Source: a virus
Lineage: Duplodnaviria; Caudoviricetes
Reading direction: 5' to 3' (one strand)
IMG/VR virus record: IMGVR_UViG_3300015050_001523
Location: 32,001-96,000 of that record
Length of the DNA stretch: 64,000 nucleotides
Below are positions 36,663 to 45,544 of this stretch, piece after piece (the stretch's first letter is position 1; every line of letters begins with the position of its first letter). A model generated the notes under the pieces. It had not been told where the DNA came from. It did not search any database and was given only the letters and a program-made list of their open reading frames with translations. The position numbers were made by a program, and so were the translations under genes.

Positions 36663-37388
36663 TTATTCAACCCAATAAAAAACGCGATTACCATTATAAT
36701 TTCGGAATTCGTGCTTTAGTCGGCCATAAGACTCATCTTTTTTAAGGGCATGAATAGCATCTGAAACCGTGCTATGTGAAAAATCATGACGAGCAGATGA
36801 CATAATGTGAGACTTAAGCTCTTCAATTGTAAGGGCGGCTTTGGGGCCAGTAGGAAGCTGCGAAAGCCCAAGCCGAACAAGTTCAATTGGGTCTTTTACT
36901 TTTGGAAGGCTTTCCAAATTTGTTCGGTCAATTTTTTCTGGTGCTTCTACCTTTTCCTCTTCAACTATTTCTTCAATTAGTCCTTCTGATTCATGACGAG
37001 CAAGCCAAAAAAGCTGGCCCTTCTTTTTATTGTTATCGAGAACAATTTTCTTCTCAACAAGCTCCAAAAGAGAAGGTCGAATTTTTGCATCATAAGTTCC
37101 AATTTTCTCGCACAAAAGCTTGCGAGAAACTCGACCTTTTTCTTCTTCTAGAACCTTTAGAATTTCTGCCTTGTAGTCAAGCCCAGCGTTGCTTGCTGGG
37201 GCTTCGTTTGTTGCCATTCCATATTTTGTGCCGCGCTTCTCTCCAGTCTTCTTTACTTCACCAGACTCGATAAGACTGGCGAGCTGTACACGCAAGATAA
37301 CAGGGTCAGAACCAGTTAGCTCGACAAGGGTGCCCATTGATAGCCAAGGCTGACTGTTTAGTGCTTCCAAAAGGTTCATGATGGTCAT
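36663..37388 (-). CDS. putative multi winged-helix DNA-binding protein (leaderless)
   Basis: Repeated helix + L.E.G.V..TGEKRGTKY / KKKGQLFW wing segments. Confidence 0.55.
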   Translation of the reverse strand: MTIMNLLEALNSQPWLSMGTLVELTGSDPVILRVQLASLIESGEVKKTGEKRGTKYGMATNEAPASNAGLDYKAEILKVLEEEKGRVSRKLLCEKIGTYDAKIRPSLLELVEKKIVLDNNKKKGQLFWLARHESEGLIEEIVEEEKVEAPEKIDRTNLESLPKVKDPIELVRLGLSQLPTGPKAALTIEELKSHIMSSARHDFSHSTVSDAIHALKKDESYGRLKHEFRNYNGNRVFYWVE

Positions 37389-37394
37389 GGATTC

Positions 37395-37422
37395 AGTATA
37401 GCACCGTTCGCCCTGATCGCAA
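37395..37422 (-). promoter_or_regulatory. sigma70-type promoter
   Basis: TTGCGA-N16-TATACT with GGTGC; ATG 7 nt downstream. Confidence 0.7.
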
Positions 37423-37437
37423 GGAAAGAATGGAAGA

Positions 37438-37974
37438 TTAAATTATTGGAGTTAGATCATCTTCTATAATTGAAGGATGGGGCTCTAATTCTTTAGGTTT
37501 CTCAAATAGCCATTTTAATAAATTTTCAAACGACTCATTATTATCAACAATATAAGTCCATGGCAAATTGTAATTATTATATTCATTTGAAACAAAGTTT
37601 GTTGAGCTTCCTTTTAGGAATTTTTCACTAAAATGGAGGACAATAGAGGAATCACCATCAATCCATTCAAAACAAAAATTTTTGTCTCCATCACTATAGA
37701 TAAAAGGATTAGGGTATTTTAATAAATTAGAAATATATAAATTGGTAAGAAGTGAAATTTCATTTTCATTTAGATTTGAGCCCTTTAATAAATCAACTAA
37801 ATAATTTTTTAATCTAATTTTTCCATTTTCTTCTTCCTCCAAAATTTCTTCATCGTCCATTTCATCATCTATTAAGATTTTGGTCCATTTTTTCCATTTT
37901 AGTATTGACAATAAAACCAAAATGAAAGGAATAGAAGAAACTGTAATTGCAAATATAAATATTATTTGTTGCAT
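37438..37974 (-). CDS. single-pass membrane protein
   Basis: N-terminal hydrophobic helix. Confidence 0.6.
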   Translation of the reverse strand: MQQIIFIFAITVSSIPFILVLLSILKWKKWTKILIDDEMDDEEILEEEENGKIRLKNYLVDLLKGSNLNENEISLLTNLYISNLLKYPNPFIYSDGDKNFCFEWIDGDSSIVLHFSEKFLKGSSTNFVSNEYNNYNLPWTYIVDNNESFENLLKWLFEKPKELEPHPSIIEDDLTPII

Positions 37975-37980
37975 AAATTA

Positions 37981-38334
37981 TTATTTTTTTAGATTTGTTA
38001 AAATATAATTGAGAGATTTTCTCTTTTTGATTTCTTCCCAATAATATTGTTCAGAGAATTCTTTTCCATTTAAGATATAAGCTTTATATCCTCTTTTTAT
38101 ATATTCAATAGCTGGTCCATCTTCTCTATGATATTGGCCATTTATATAATAAGATTTATCTCCATTAAAATATTCAATAGCAGGAAGATTTCCGTCTCGA
38201 TGAAACTTTCCATGAATAAAATAAGCTTTAGTTCCATCTTTATCTTCGAAAGCGGGTCCATCTTCTCGATGAAGAATATCATTTAAATAATGTCGCCTAT
38301 TTCCAAATTCGTCAATAATTAATCCATTTCTCAT
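37981..38334 (-). CDS. HREDGPA-repeat family, copy E9 (3 units)
   Basis: Conserved head, repeat units and tail. Confidence 0.8.
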   Translation of the reverse strand: MRNGLIIDEFGNRRHYLNDILHREDGPAFEDKDGTKAYFIHGKFHRDGNLPAIEYFNGDKSYYINGQYHREDGPAIEYIKRGYKAYILNGKEFSEQYYWEEIKKRKSLNYILTNLKK

Positions 38335-38342
38335 ATTTATAA

Positions 38343-38717
38343 CTACTTTTTGATGACGGCGACCAGGTTGTTCAGCCCGGTAAGAATATAATTTAGAGAT
38401 TTTCTTCTTTTAATTTCTTCCCAATAATAAGCTTCTTCAAAATATCTTTCTCCATTTAAATAATATTCTTTATCCCCATCTGAAAATTCAATGGCAGGTC
38501 CATTTTCTCGGTGAAGCCGTCCATTAATATAATAATTTTTCTTTCCGGTCGCCCATTCTATTGCAGGAAGATTTCCATCACGATGAGTTTCTCCATGAAT
38601 CATCCATTGTTTGTCTCCATTTATATTTTCAAATGCTGGTCCATCTTCTCTATGACGTCTATCATTTAGGTAATAACTCTTATTTCCAAATTCATCAATA
38701 ATTAATCCATTTTTCAT
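38343..38717 (-). CDS. HREDGPA-repeat family, copy E10 (3 units)
   Basis: Conserved head, repeat units and tail. Confidence 0.8.
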   Translation of the reverse strand: MKNGLIIDEFGNKSYYLNDRRHREDGPAFENINGDKQWMIHGETHRDGNLPAIEWATGKKNYYINGRLHRENGPAIEFSDGDKEYYLNGERYFEEAYYWEEIKRRKSLNYILTGLNNLVAVIKK

Positions 38718-38736
38718 TTTTATAATTCCTTATAAA

Positions 38737-39942
38737 TTAGTTTTTGTTTTTCCATTCAAACTTTTTGTAATTTTCTTTTAGCCACAATTCAAATTTTGAC
38801 AAAACATCATCAATTTGATTTGTCATAAATTCTGCTGAATTCTTAAAGAAGAATGATTGAATCTTTTGATCAGCATGCTTTTGCACAAAAATCGCAAAAT
38901 CTTTCCTGGATGAAAATTCATTCTTTGAAATAAGTTCTGCAACATTCATTGCATTTAGTTCGATTTCTGAAGCATTATGCTTAATTTCGTCTGCAAATAA
39001 CTTTAATCGATCGCTAAGAACATCATAAACATCATCAATAAATCCTAAAAATATTGAATCAATAATTTGATTTTTGCTGTGCTCAATATCTCCACCACCA
39101 ACATGATGAAGGCTAACATATTTTGCATTCTTCATTTTGGCGATTGGACACAAATTTTCATCATAAACAACATATCCTTCAGGATATTTTCCATGATCTT
39201 CTATCTCTGACATTTTCTCAACAAAGAGTTTAACATCTTCTAGTGATTTATAACCAAGCAACCCAGGGAAAACTCTATGAGAAGTTACAATATTAGCTTC
39301 TGAAAATGCCCCATATAATATTTCATCATAAAGCTGAATATTACATTCATACCCCCCAGAATTACGATTTCTTGCTCCCAACAAAACAGCATGATCAAAA
39401 GGGTACTTTGTAACAATTCTGTTCTCTTCTGTGCAAAGCTCAAAAATATATGTAAATTCTTGGTTTAATTTATCCCAAAAAATGTCTCCAATTGTATCAA
39501 AAAAAAGTTGTTCAAATGTTTTATTTGCTTCGTGAGCATTTAATGTCGTGATTGAGCCAAGAGTAGAAATTTTCCATTCAATTCCAGAATGCCAAAGTTG
39601 AATGCATGTCCCATCTGACTTAATTGCCAAACTTAAATTTGGCAACCTTTCATTAAAAACCTTTGGATCAAAGATGGGGCAATGTCCTTCATGCTGATTG
39701 AAAAATTTATCAAATGGTCGGGCCATAAAGGCCCAATTTCCATTTTCATTTCTTAGGATTGAGCCACGACATTCTTTCGTAATTGGTTCTCCCCAATTGG
39801 CCGTAATCATTCCATATTTAAAAAGAAAAAATCCATCTTCTTCTTTGACATTTACTCCAAATTTTTGAGAAAAATCATTTTTAATGGCTTCATAATCACT
39901 TTTGGAATGATTAAGGTTTAAGTATTGAAGAAGATGGCTCAT
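38737..39942 (-). CDS. T4 Rnl1-like RNA ligase (leaderless)
   Basis: LFKY, ECRG.IL, ARPFDKFFN, motif I KSDGT, YIFEL, EGYVV, KMKN..YV..H. Confidence 0.88.
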   Translation of the reverse strand: MSHLLQYLNLNHSKSDYEAIKNDFSQKFGVNVKEEDGFFLFKYGMITANWGEPITKECRGSILRNENGNWAFMARPFDKFFNQHEGHCPIFDPKVFNERLPNLSLAIKSDGTCIQLWHSGIEWKISTLGSITTLNAHEANKTFEQLFFDTIGDIFWDKLNQEFTYIFELCTEENRIVTKYPFDHAVLLGARNRNSGGYECNIQLYDEILYGAFSEANIVTSHRVFPGLLGYKSLEDVKLFVEKMSEIEDHGKYPEGYVVYDENLCPIAKMKNAKYVSLHHVGGGDIEHSKNQIIDSIFLGFIDDVYDVLSDRLKLFADEIKHNASEIELNAMNVAELISKNEFSSRKDFAIFVQKHADQKIQSFFFKNSAEFMTNQIDDVLSKFELWLKENYKKFEWKNKN

Positions 39943-39948
39943 GATAAG

Positions 39949-39977
39949 AGGTTAGCATTGCTTTCATGTTGTGTCAA
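39949..39977 (-). promoter_or_regulatory. sigma70-type promoter
   Basis: TTGACA-N17-TAACCT with TGC; ATG 7 nt downstream. Confidence 0.75.
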
Positions 39978-40285
39978 GGCGTCCATCGATTTTTTTGAAC
40001 AAGACAATTTAAAACTTTGGGTTTATAATCGGGTGAATGCATTGAAAATATAACATCGGGTTCGTTATATTTTTTTCTAATGCTTGAAAGAATATAATTA
40101 AGAGACTTTCTCTTTTTAATTTCTTTCCAATAATATTCTTCAAGATATTCAATTCCACTTATATAATATTCTTTATTTCCATTTGGGAATTCAATTGCTG
40201 GCCCGTCTTCTCGGTGAAGAAAATCGTTTAAATAATGTCGCTTAGCCTTATCACTAATTTTAATAAAAATTCCAGTTTTCTTCAT
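39974..40285 (-). CDS. HREDGPA-repeat family, copy E11 (1 unit, diverged head)
   Basis: HYLNDFLHREDGPAIE..YWKEIKKRKSLNYILS. Confidence 0.75.
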   Translation of the reverse strand: MKKTGIFIKISDKAKRHYLNDFLHREDGPAIEFPNGNKEYYISGIEYLEEYYWKEIKKRKSLNYILSSIRKKYNEPDVIFSMHSPDYKPKVLNCLVQKNRWTP

Positions 40286-40287
40286 TT

Positions 40288-40674
40288 TTATTCCCATCTA
40301 TATATTTTTGTTTTATTTTTTATTATTTTTTTCAAGTATTCGCAAAAAATAAAATTGAGAGATTTTATTCTTTTGATTTCTTCCCAATAATCTTGTTCGG
40401 AAAATCTTATATGATTTAAGTAATAATGATTTCCATTAGCAAACTCTCTAGCTGGACCGTTTTCTCTATGATATTTTCCATAAACAAGATAAGTCTTTTC
40501 TCCATTTGGCCATTCAATGGCAGGAAGATTTCCTTCTCGATGAAGTTTTCCATGAAGATAGTAAAATTTATTTCCGCTTAGAAATTCAACAGCAGGACCA
40601 CCTTCTCTATGAAGAAGACCATTTAAATAATAATATTTGGTTCCAGATTCATCAATAATTAATCCATTTTTCAT
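40288..40674 (-). CDS. HREDGPA-repeat family, copy E12 (3 units)
   Basis: Tail duplicates C-terminus of 40678..41118. Confidence 0.8.
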   Translation of the reverse strand: MKNGLIIDESGTKYYYLNGLLHREGGPAVEFLSGNKFYYLHGKLHREGNLPAIEWPNGEKTYLVYGKYHRENGPAREFANGNHYYLNHIRFSEQDYWEEIKRIKSLNFIFCEYLKKIIKNKTKIYRWE

Positions 40675-40677
40675 ATT

Positions 40678-41118
40678 TTATTCCCACCTGTATATTTTTG
40701 TTTTATTTTCTATTATTTTTTTAATAAATTCATCAGAAGGTTTTTCTAGTTCTTGTGGGGTGTCCTCATCTGCCATAAAGAATTTTTGAGGTTCATTAAA
40801 TGTATTTATTGTTTTTTCAAGTTCAAAATTTGGAGTTGCAACAATCCCCAATCTAAAAGATTGTTCATCCATAAAAGTTTCTAAACTATACCATTTTACA
40901 ACAGATATATCTGGAAGAAATAAAGTCGATATTCCAGCTGGAATATCTTCATTAAAAACATTTCCTCTATGATAATTTATGATTTGTTTTGATTTGATAA
41001 GAATAGATTTTATAATACATCCTCCTGGAACGTTCATGGCTTCTGTATCATTTCCAATTGAATACCATCTATTTTGAGAAATATTTGGTTTGTTAATATA
41101 AATTTTATTATTTATCAT
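40678..41118 (-). CDS. hypothetical protein
   Basis: 146-aa ORF, AMNVPGGCII motif, flanked by E13 and E12. Confidence 0.6.
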   Translation of the reverse strand: MINNKIYINKPNISQNRWYSIGNDTEAMNVPGGCIIKSILIKSKQIINYHRGNVFNEDIPAGISTLFLPDISVVKWYSLETFMDEQSFRLGIVATPNFELEKTINTFNEPQKFFMADEDTPQELEKPSDEFIKKIIENKTKIYRWE

Positions 41119-41417
41119 ATAAATCTCTCTTTAATATTTCGGCAAAATTTTGAAAGAATATTATTAAGAGATTTTCTCTTTTTAATTTCCTGCCAATAAT
41201 CTTCTTTAGAATATTCAATATTATTTAAAAAGAAATATTCTCTTCCGTCTGGCATTAAAATGGCAGGCCCATCTTCTCTATGAAGAAGATGTCCATTAAT
41301 AATCCACTGTTTCTCGCCGTTCACCCATTCAATAGCAGGCCCATCTTCTCTATGAAGCTTATTATTTACATAATAACATTTGGTTCCACGGCCATTAACA
41401 ATTAATCCATTTAGCAT
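41115..41417 (-). CDS. HREDGPA-repeat family, copy E13 (2 units)
   Basis: Conserved head, repeat units and tail. Confidence 0.8.
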   Translation of the reverse strand: MLNGLIVNGRGTKCYYVNNKLHREDGPAIEWVNGEKQWIINGHLLHREDGPAILMPDGREYFFLNNIEYSKEDYWQEIKKRKSLNNILSKFCRNIKERFI

Positions 41418-41428
41418 TTTTTAATCCT

Positions 41429-43924
41429 TTATTTGATCTTTAATTTATTTTCACTAAGAACCATTTTGACAACGGTTCCTTGTTTTACATTGTTTGTAAG
41501 AAGATATTCAGAAAGAGGTTTCAAAATTTCTTGTTTCATTAGCCTCTTTAAAGGTCGTGCGCCATATTTTGGATCATATCCATTTTCAGCTAACCATTCA
41601 CGAGCTTCAGTTGAAAGTTCTAAACTTAAATCTCTTTCACCAAGTCTTTTTTGAAGAGATTTCATTTGAATATCAAGAATGTTTATCATGTGCTCTTTGT
41701 AAAGAGGATGAAAGTAAATCATTGAATCAATTCTATTTAGAAACTCTGGTCGAAATTTGCTTTGAAGCAACTTATCTCTCGCTTCGCTAAGAGATTCTTC
41801 GTCATGATCTTGAAAATAAAGCTCTGAGCCAATATTTGAAGTTAACAATATTATTGTATTGGTAAAATCAACTGTTCTTCCTTGAGTATCTGTTAATCTT
41901 CCTTCATCAAAAACTTGAAGCATGATATTCCAAACATCTGGATGTGCTTTTTCTACTTCATCTAAAAGAACAATTGAATATGGTCGATGTCGTACAGCTT
42001 CAGTTAATTGCCCTCCTTCACTATATCCAACATATCCAGGAGGAGAACCTACCAAACGGGAAACAGAATGTTTCTCCATGTATTCACTCATATCAATTCT
42101 TACAATTGCTGATTCATCATCAAATAAGAATTCAGCAAGAGCCTTGGCTAATTCGGTTTTGCCAACACCGCTAGGACCAAGAAACAGAAAGGTTCCGACC
42201 GGCGCTTTTGGATCGGTTAGTCCTGCGCGGCTTTGGCGAATAGCATCAGAAATCGCAGAAATTGCTGGGTGTTGCCCAACAACTCTTTCATGCAATCTAT
42301 CTTCCATTAACATAAGAGAACTTTGGGTTTTTTGCTGAAGCATTTTTTCAGCAGGAATTCCTGTCCATGAAGAAATAACTTTTGCAATATCTGCTTCTTC
42401 AACTTTGTCTCGAAGATAGCTACATCCTGACTCTTGAATCTTTTTCAGAAGATCGGCATATTTTGAATACTGTTTTTCTAGTTGAGGAATATCAACATTC
42501 AAAATATTTTTTGCCAAATCAAGATTATCATCTTTTTCAGCATTTTTGACGGAATTCTTCAATGCCTCTATTGATTCAGTAATTGATTTTATTTTGCCAA
42601 TTGCTGTTTTCTCTTCTTCCCAAGAAGCTCTCATTTTCTCAACTTCAGATTCTAATTTTTTAATTTCATTATTTATTTTGATTTTTCGTTCTTTATTTTT
42701 TCTTGACTCTTCAAGGGATGAAGATTCTACATTCAACCGAAGAATTTTTCGTTCTTTTTCATCGATAACAGCCGGAAGACTTTCGATATCCATTTTCAAT
42801 TCTGCGCAAGCCTCATCAACCAAATCAATAGCTTTGTCTGGGAGACTTCTGTTTTGAATATATCGAGCACTTAGTTTTGCTGCTGCAATAAGGGCAGAAT
42901 CTTGAATAGTTAATCCATGATGATTTTGGAACTTATCGCGCAATCCTCGCAAAATGGCAATTGAATCTTCAATTGATGGCTCATTGATTCGGATTGACTG
43001 AAATCGTCGCTCTAGCTGTGGATCTTTTTCAATATATTTTTTGTATGCATCAGTTGTAGATGCGCCAATGCAACGAATTTCTCCATTGGCCAAAGCTGGT
43101 TTTAGAATGCTTGCAGCATCTTGGCCACTCTCGCTTGAACCTGTTCCCATAATGTTATGAAGATCATCAATAAATAAAATGATATCTTTTGCTTTTGAAA
43201 TGGAGGTAATAACTCCTTTTAGTCTTTCTTCAAACTGTCCTCGAAACTGGGCTCCTGCCACAAGGCTTGATAGATCAAGCTGCAAAATGGTAATATTTTT
43301 TAGAGAATCAGGAACATCATTCTTTGCAATTCTTTGAGCGATTGCAAAAACGATGCTCGTTTTACCAACCCCAGACTCTCCAATAATAACAGGATTATTT
43401 TTATTTCTTCGGCTTAAAGTTTGAATTGCCCGACGAACTTCTTGATCTCGACCAATTACAGGGTCGAGCTGGTCTTGCCTTGCAAGCCTGGTGAGGTCCC
43501 TGGTATAATTTGATAGCTCTTCTCCATATTCTTTGGGCGACACAACTTTATTGAGATCAAGTCCTTCTAAAATATGTTTGGTAGCATTTAATTCCATCAT
43601 TGCAAGAATTAAATGGTCAACAGATATTGTATTTTTTGTTTTTGTTGCAGCGACATTAAGCATTTCTTCAATATCGCTTGAATTTCTGGGATCACCAAAC
43701 CTATTGGTTCTAGGAATCTTTGTTAGTTCTTCTTTCAGACTCAAAGAAATGTCTTTAAGAGAACCTCCTGCATTTTTAATTAGAGCCTTATTTTTTTCAT
43801 CATGAATAAGCACAGCCAAAACATGAAGGGTTGTAAACTCCTGATGTTTTAGTCTTTTTGCTTGTTCAACTGCTTTAACAATAATTTTTCGGGCTGATTC
43901 TGAAACGTTTGATGGATTAAACAT
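41429..43924 (-). CDS. clpB: ClpB/Hsp100 disaggregase
   Basis: LDPVIGRD.E, GESGVGKT, coiled-coil M domain, GPSGVGKT, RIDMSEYMEKHSVSRLVGSPPGYVGY; no IGF loop seen. Confidence 0.95.
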   Translation of the reverse strand: MFNPSNVSESARKIIVKAVEQAKRLKHQEFTTLHVLAVLIHDEKNKALIKNAGGSLKDISLSLKEELTKIPRTNRFGDPRNSSDIEEMLNVAATKTKNTISVDHLILAMMELNATKHILEGLDLNKVVSPKEYGEELSNYTRDLTRLARQDQLDPVIGRDQEVRRAIQTLSRRNKNNPVIIGESGVGKTSIVFAIAQRIAKNDVPDSLKNITILQLDLSSLVAGAQFRGQFEERLKGVITSISKAKDIILFIDDLHNIMGTGSSESGQDAASILKPALANGEIRCIGASTTDAYKKYIEKDPQLERRFQSIRINEPSIEDSIAILRGLRDKFQNHHGLTIQDSALIAAAKLSARYIQNRSLPDKAIDLVDEACAELKMDIESLPAVIDEKERKILRLNVESSSLEESRKNKERKIKINNEIKKLESEVEKMRASWEEEKTAIGKIKSITESIEALKNSVKNAEKDDNLDLAKNILNVDIPQLEKQYSKYADLLKKIQESGCSYLRDKVEEADIAKVISSWTGIPAEKMLQQKTQSSLMLMEDRLHERVVGQHPAISAISDAIRQSRAGLTDPKAPVGTFLFLGPSGVGKTELAKALAEFLFDDESAIVRIDMSEYMEKHSVSRLVGSPPGYVGYSEGGQLTEAVRHRPYSIVLLDEVEKAHPDVWNIMLQVFDEGRLTDTQGRTVDFTNTIILLTSNIGSELYFQDHDEESLSEARDKLLQSKFRPEFLNRIDSMIYFHPLYKEHMINILDIQMKSLQKRLGERDLSLELSTEAREWLAENGYDPKYGARPLKRLMKQEILKPLSEYLLTNNVKQGTVVKMVLSENKLKIK

Positions 43925-43953
43925 AATTTCCTTTTATGGGAAGATGAGACAAA

Positions 43954-43982
43954 GGTATATCAATTCTCAGGGATAAAGTCAA
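43954..43982 (-). promoter_or_regulatory. sigma70-type promoter for clpB
   Basis: TTGACT-N17-TATACC with TGA. Confidence 0.7.
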
Positions 43983-43997
43983 GACAATTAAATTTTT

Positions 43998-44025
43998 TTG
44001 ACTTGCTATTAAGTTAAAATAAATT
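43998..44025 (+). promoter_or_regulatory. possible divergent promoter facing the tandem repeat
   Basis: TTGACT-N16-TAAATT; no ORF downstream on plus strand. Confidence 0.35.
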
Positions 44026-44064
44026 GATCTCAAAGCCTTTACAAGTCATGAGATCAATATTATC

Positions 44065-44170
44065 TTTTAATTTAATTAATGCTTTTAATTTAATTAATGC
44101 TTTTAATTTAATTAATGCTTTTAATTTAATTAATGCTTTTAATTTAATTAATGCTTTTAATTTAATTAAT
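44065..44170. repeat. perfect 18-bp tandem repeat, about 5.9 copies
   Basis: (TTTTAATTTAATTAATGC)5 plus 16 nt. Confidence 0.95.
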
Positions 44171-44408
44171 TTAAATGATCTAGTGCAGAATTAGTTGGTA
44201 ATGGATTGTGAGAGAGGCATTTCGCTTCATTGGAATGATAAGCCCCACAAGATGCTCCACCTAAAAGTGTAAGTACAATAAGGGAAGTGATTCCCCATTT
44301 TGGAGGATGCTTTTCGAATTCAGCACCAAAATAAATAGTTAGGACTATAATCAAAACGGCTGCTACAATACCGCACCCAATAAAGGCAGAAAAAATAATG
44401 CAAATCAT
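44166..44408 (-). CDS. small membrane protein (2 TM)
   Basis: Start MICIIF at 44408, ATGA overlap with upstream gene. Confidence 0.55.
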   Translation of the reverse strand: MICIIFSAFIGCGIVAAVLIIVLTIYFGAEFEKHPPKWGITSLIVLTLLGGASCGAYHSNEAKCLSHNPLPTNSALDHLN

Positions 44409-44767
44409 TTTGAATCGACCATTTCTAAGAATAATGAATTGGTTATTTGAATTTCTTTGCATTGAAAATCTAAATCATCAACATAAAAAAATGGGCCATC
44501 ATTTAATTTGCTGTTAGAATTTACAATCATAATTTTGAAAAACCAGCCTAATTTTCTTGCCAATTTTGGCCCATTATTTTTTACAGTAACAATTTTAAAA
44601 TCATTGTCATTGAATTTTTCATATCCTGCATGCAGATTCTCAAGATTAAGAAGTGGTTGTTCTTTACTAAATGTAAAATAGACTATGTCTTGAATGCCTC
44701 TAACAACCATACATTTATTAAAACGCACGGCAAGAGATTGAGAATTTTCTTTTTTATTTGCTGTCAT
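44405..44767 (-). CDS. hypothetical protein, paralog of 50963..51406
   Basis: Shared KC.VVR, LH.G...FN, NGP.LAR.LGW. Confidence 0.7.
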   Translation of the reverse strand: MTANKKENSQSLAVRFNKCMVVRGIQDIVYFTFSKEQPLLNLENLHAGYEKFNDNDFKIVTVKNNGPKLARKLGWFFKIMIVNSNSKLNDGPFFYVDDLDFQCKEIQITNSLFLEMVDSK

Positions 44768-44777
44768 AATTTGTCTT

Positions 44778-44975
44778 TTATGAAAGTTTATCAGGAATTA
44801 TTGGATTTGGACGAGTAGGATTGAATAATGTATGATCGCAATATTTCTGTGATTTTTCTACTGAACTAAATAAAGGAACACCTTTTGGAATGTCTTTTTC
44901 ATTTATTACTTCAATATGTTTAAATTCTGCGGTTTCGTTATCTATTTTTTCAATTGTATATGTAAAGTATTTCAT
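44778..44975 (-). CDS. hypothetical protein
   Basis: 65-aa ORF. Confidence 0.5.
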   Translation of the reverse strand: MKYFTYTIEKIDNETAEFKHIEVINEKDIPKGVPLFSSVEKSQKYCDHTLFNPTRPNPIIPDKLS

Positions 44976-44977
44976 AC

Positions 44978-45280
44978 CTAAAGAAATCCTTGTCTATTTA
45001 GAAGCCTTTTTGATTTTTTTAAATCAATAAACCCAATTGAGCTTAGGTCTTCTACATCATTTATACGACATTTTGTAAAGTCGTTTTTTGTCAGTTTTCT
45101 TTTTATTTTTTTTTCTACGCAGCCAATACAAAACATGCGATGATAATCTTCGCCACATACCTGTATCCATAAATCATTTTGAATCATATAATACTCACCA
45201 ATAACATTGGTATTTATATTACAGTCTCTACATAACCAACTCATTTTAAAAGATAAAAGACCTTTCAAGTGTTTTATCAT
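44978..45280 (-). CDS. Cys-containing conserved hypothetical protein
   Basis: CRDC..EYYMI..LW..FCIGC.E..I.RKLT..DF. Confidence 0.65.
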   Translation of the reverse strand: MIKHLKGLLSFKMSWLCRDCNINTNVIGEYYMIQNDLWIQVCGEDYHRMFCIGCVEKKIKRKLTKNDFTKCRINDVEDLSSIGFIDLKKSKRLLNRQGFL

Positions 45281-45298
45281 AAGTCTTATCTGTTATCT

Positions 45299-45544
45299 TC
45301 AAATAATTCCTGCTTTCTCTAATGCAGACTTTACATTCGCTAAAGCTGCACCGTCATCAAAATATGCAGAGATAATTTCAATATCTTCTGGACGTGCATC
45401 AGTTCCCAATAACATTGTAATGTCTTGTTTTAGAACGGAAATAACTACATTGGCTGCTTTTTCAATTGCTTTTTGTTTTAGTGCTGAAAACATATTTTTG
45501 TTCCTTTGTTTGTAAGGGCTCGGGATTCTCCGAGCCATGATCAA
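45299..45544 (-). CDS. hypothetical protein
   Basis: 81-aa ORF. Confidence 0.55.
   Translation of the reverse strand: MIMARRIPSPYKQRNKNMFSALKQKAIEKAANVVISVLKQDITMLLGTDARPEDIEIISAYFDDGAALANVKSALEKAGII

Noticed and set aside
41433-43805. Plus-strand ORFs opposite clpB
   Set aside because: Antisense shadows with no RBS or motif support.
44065-44170. CRISPR array
   Set aside because: Units are contiguous 18-mers with no spacers, and no cas genes are visible.
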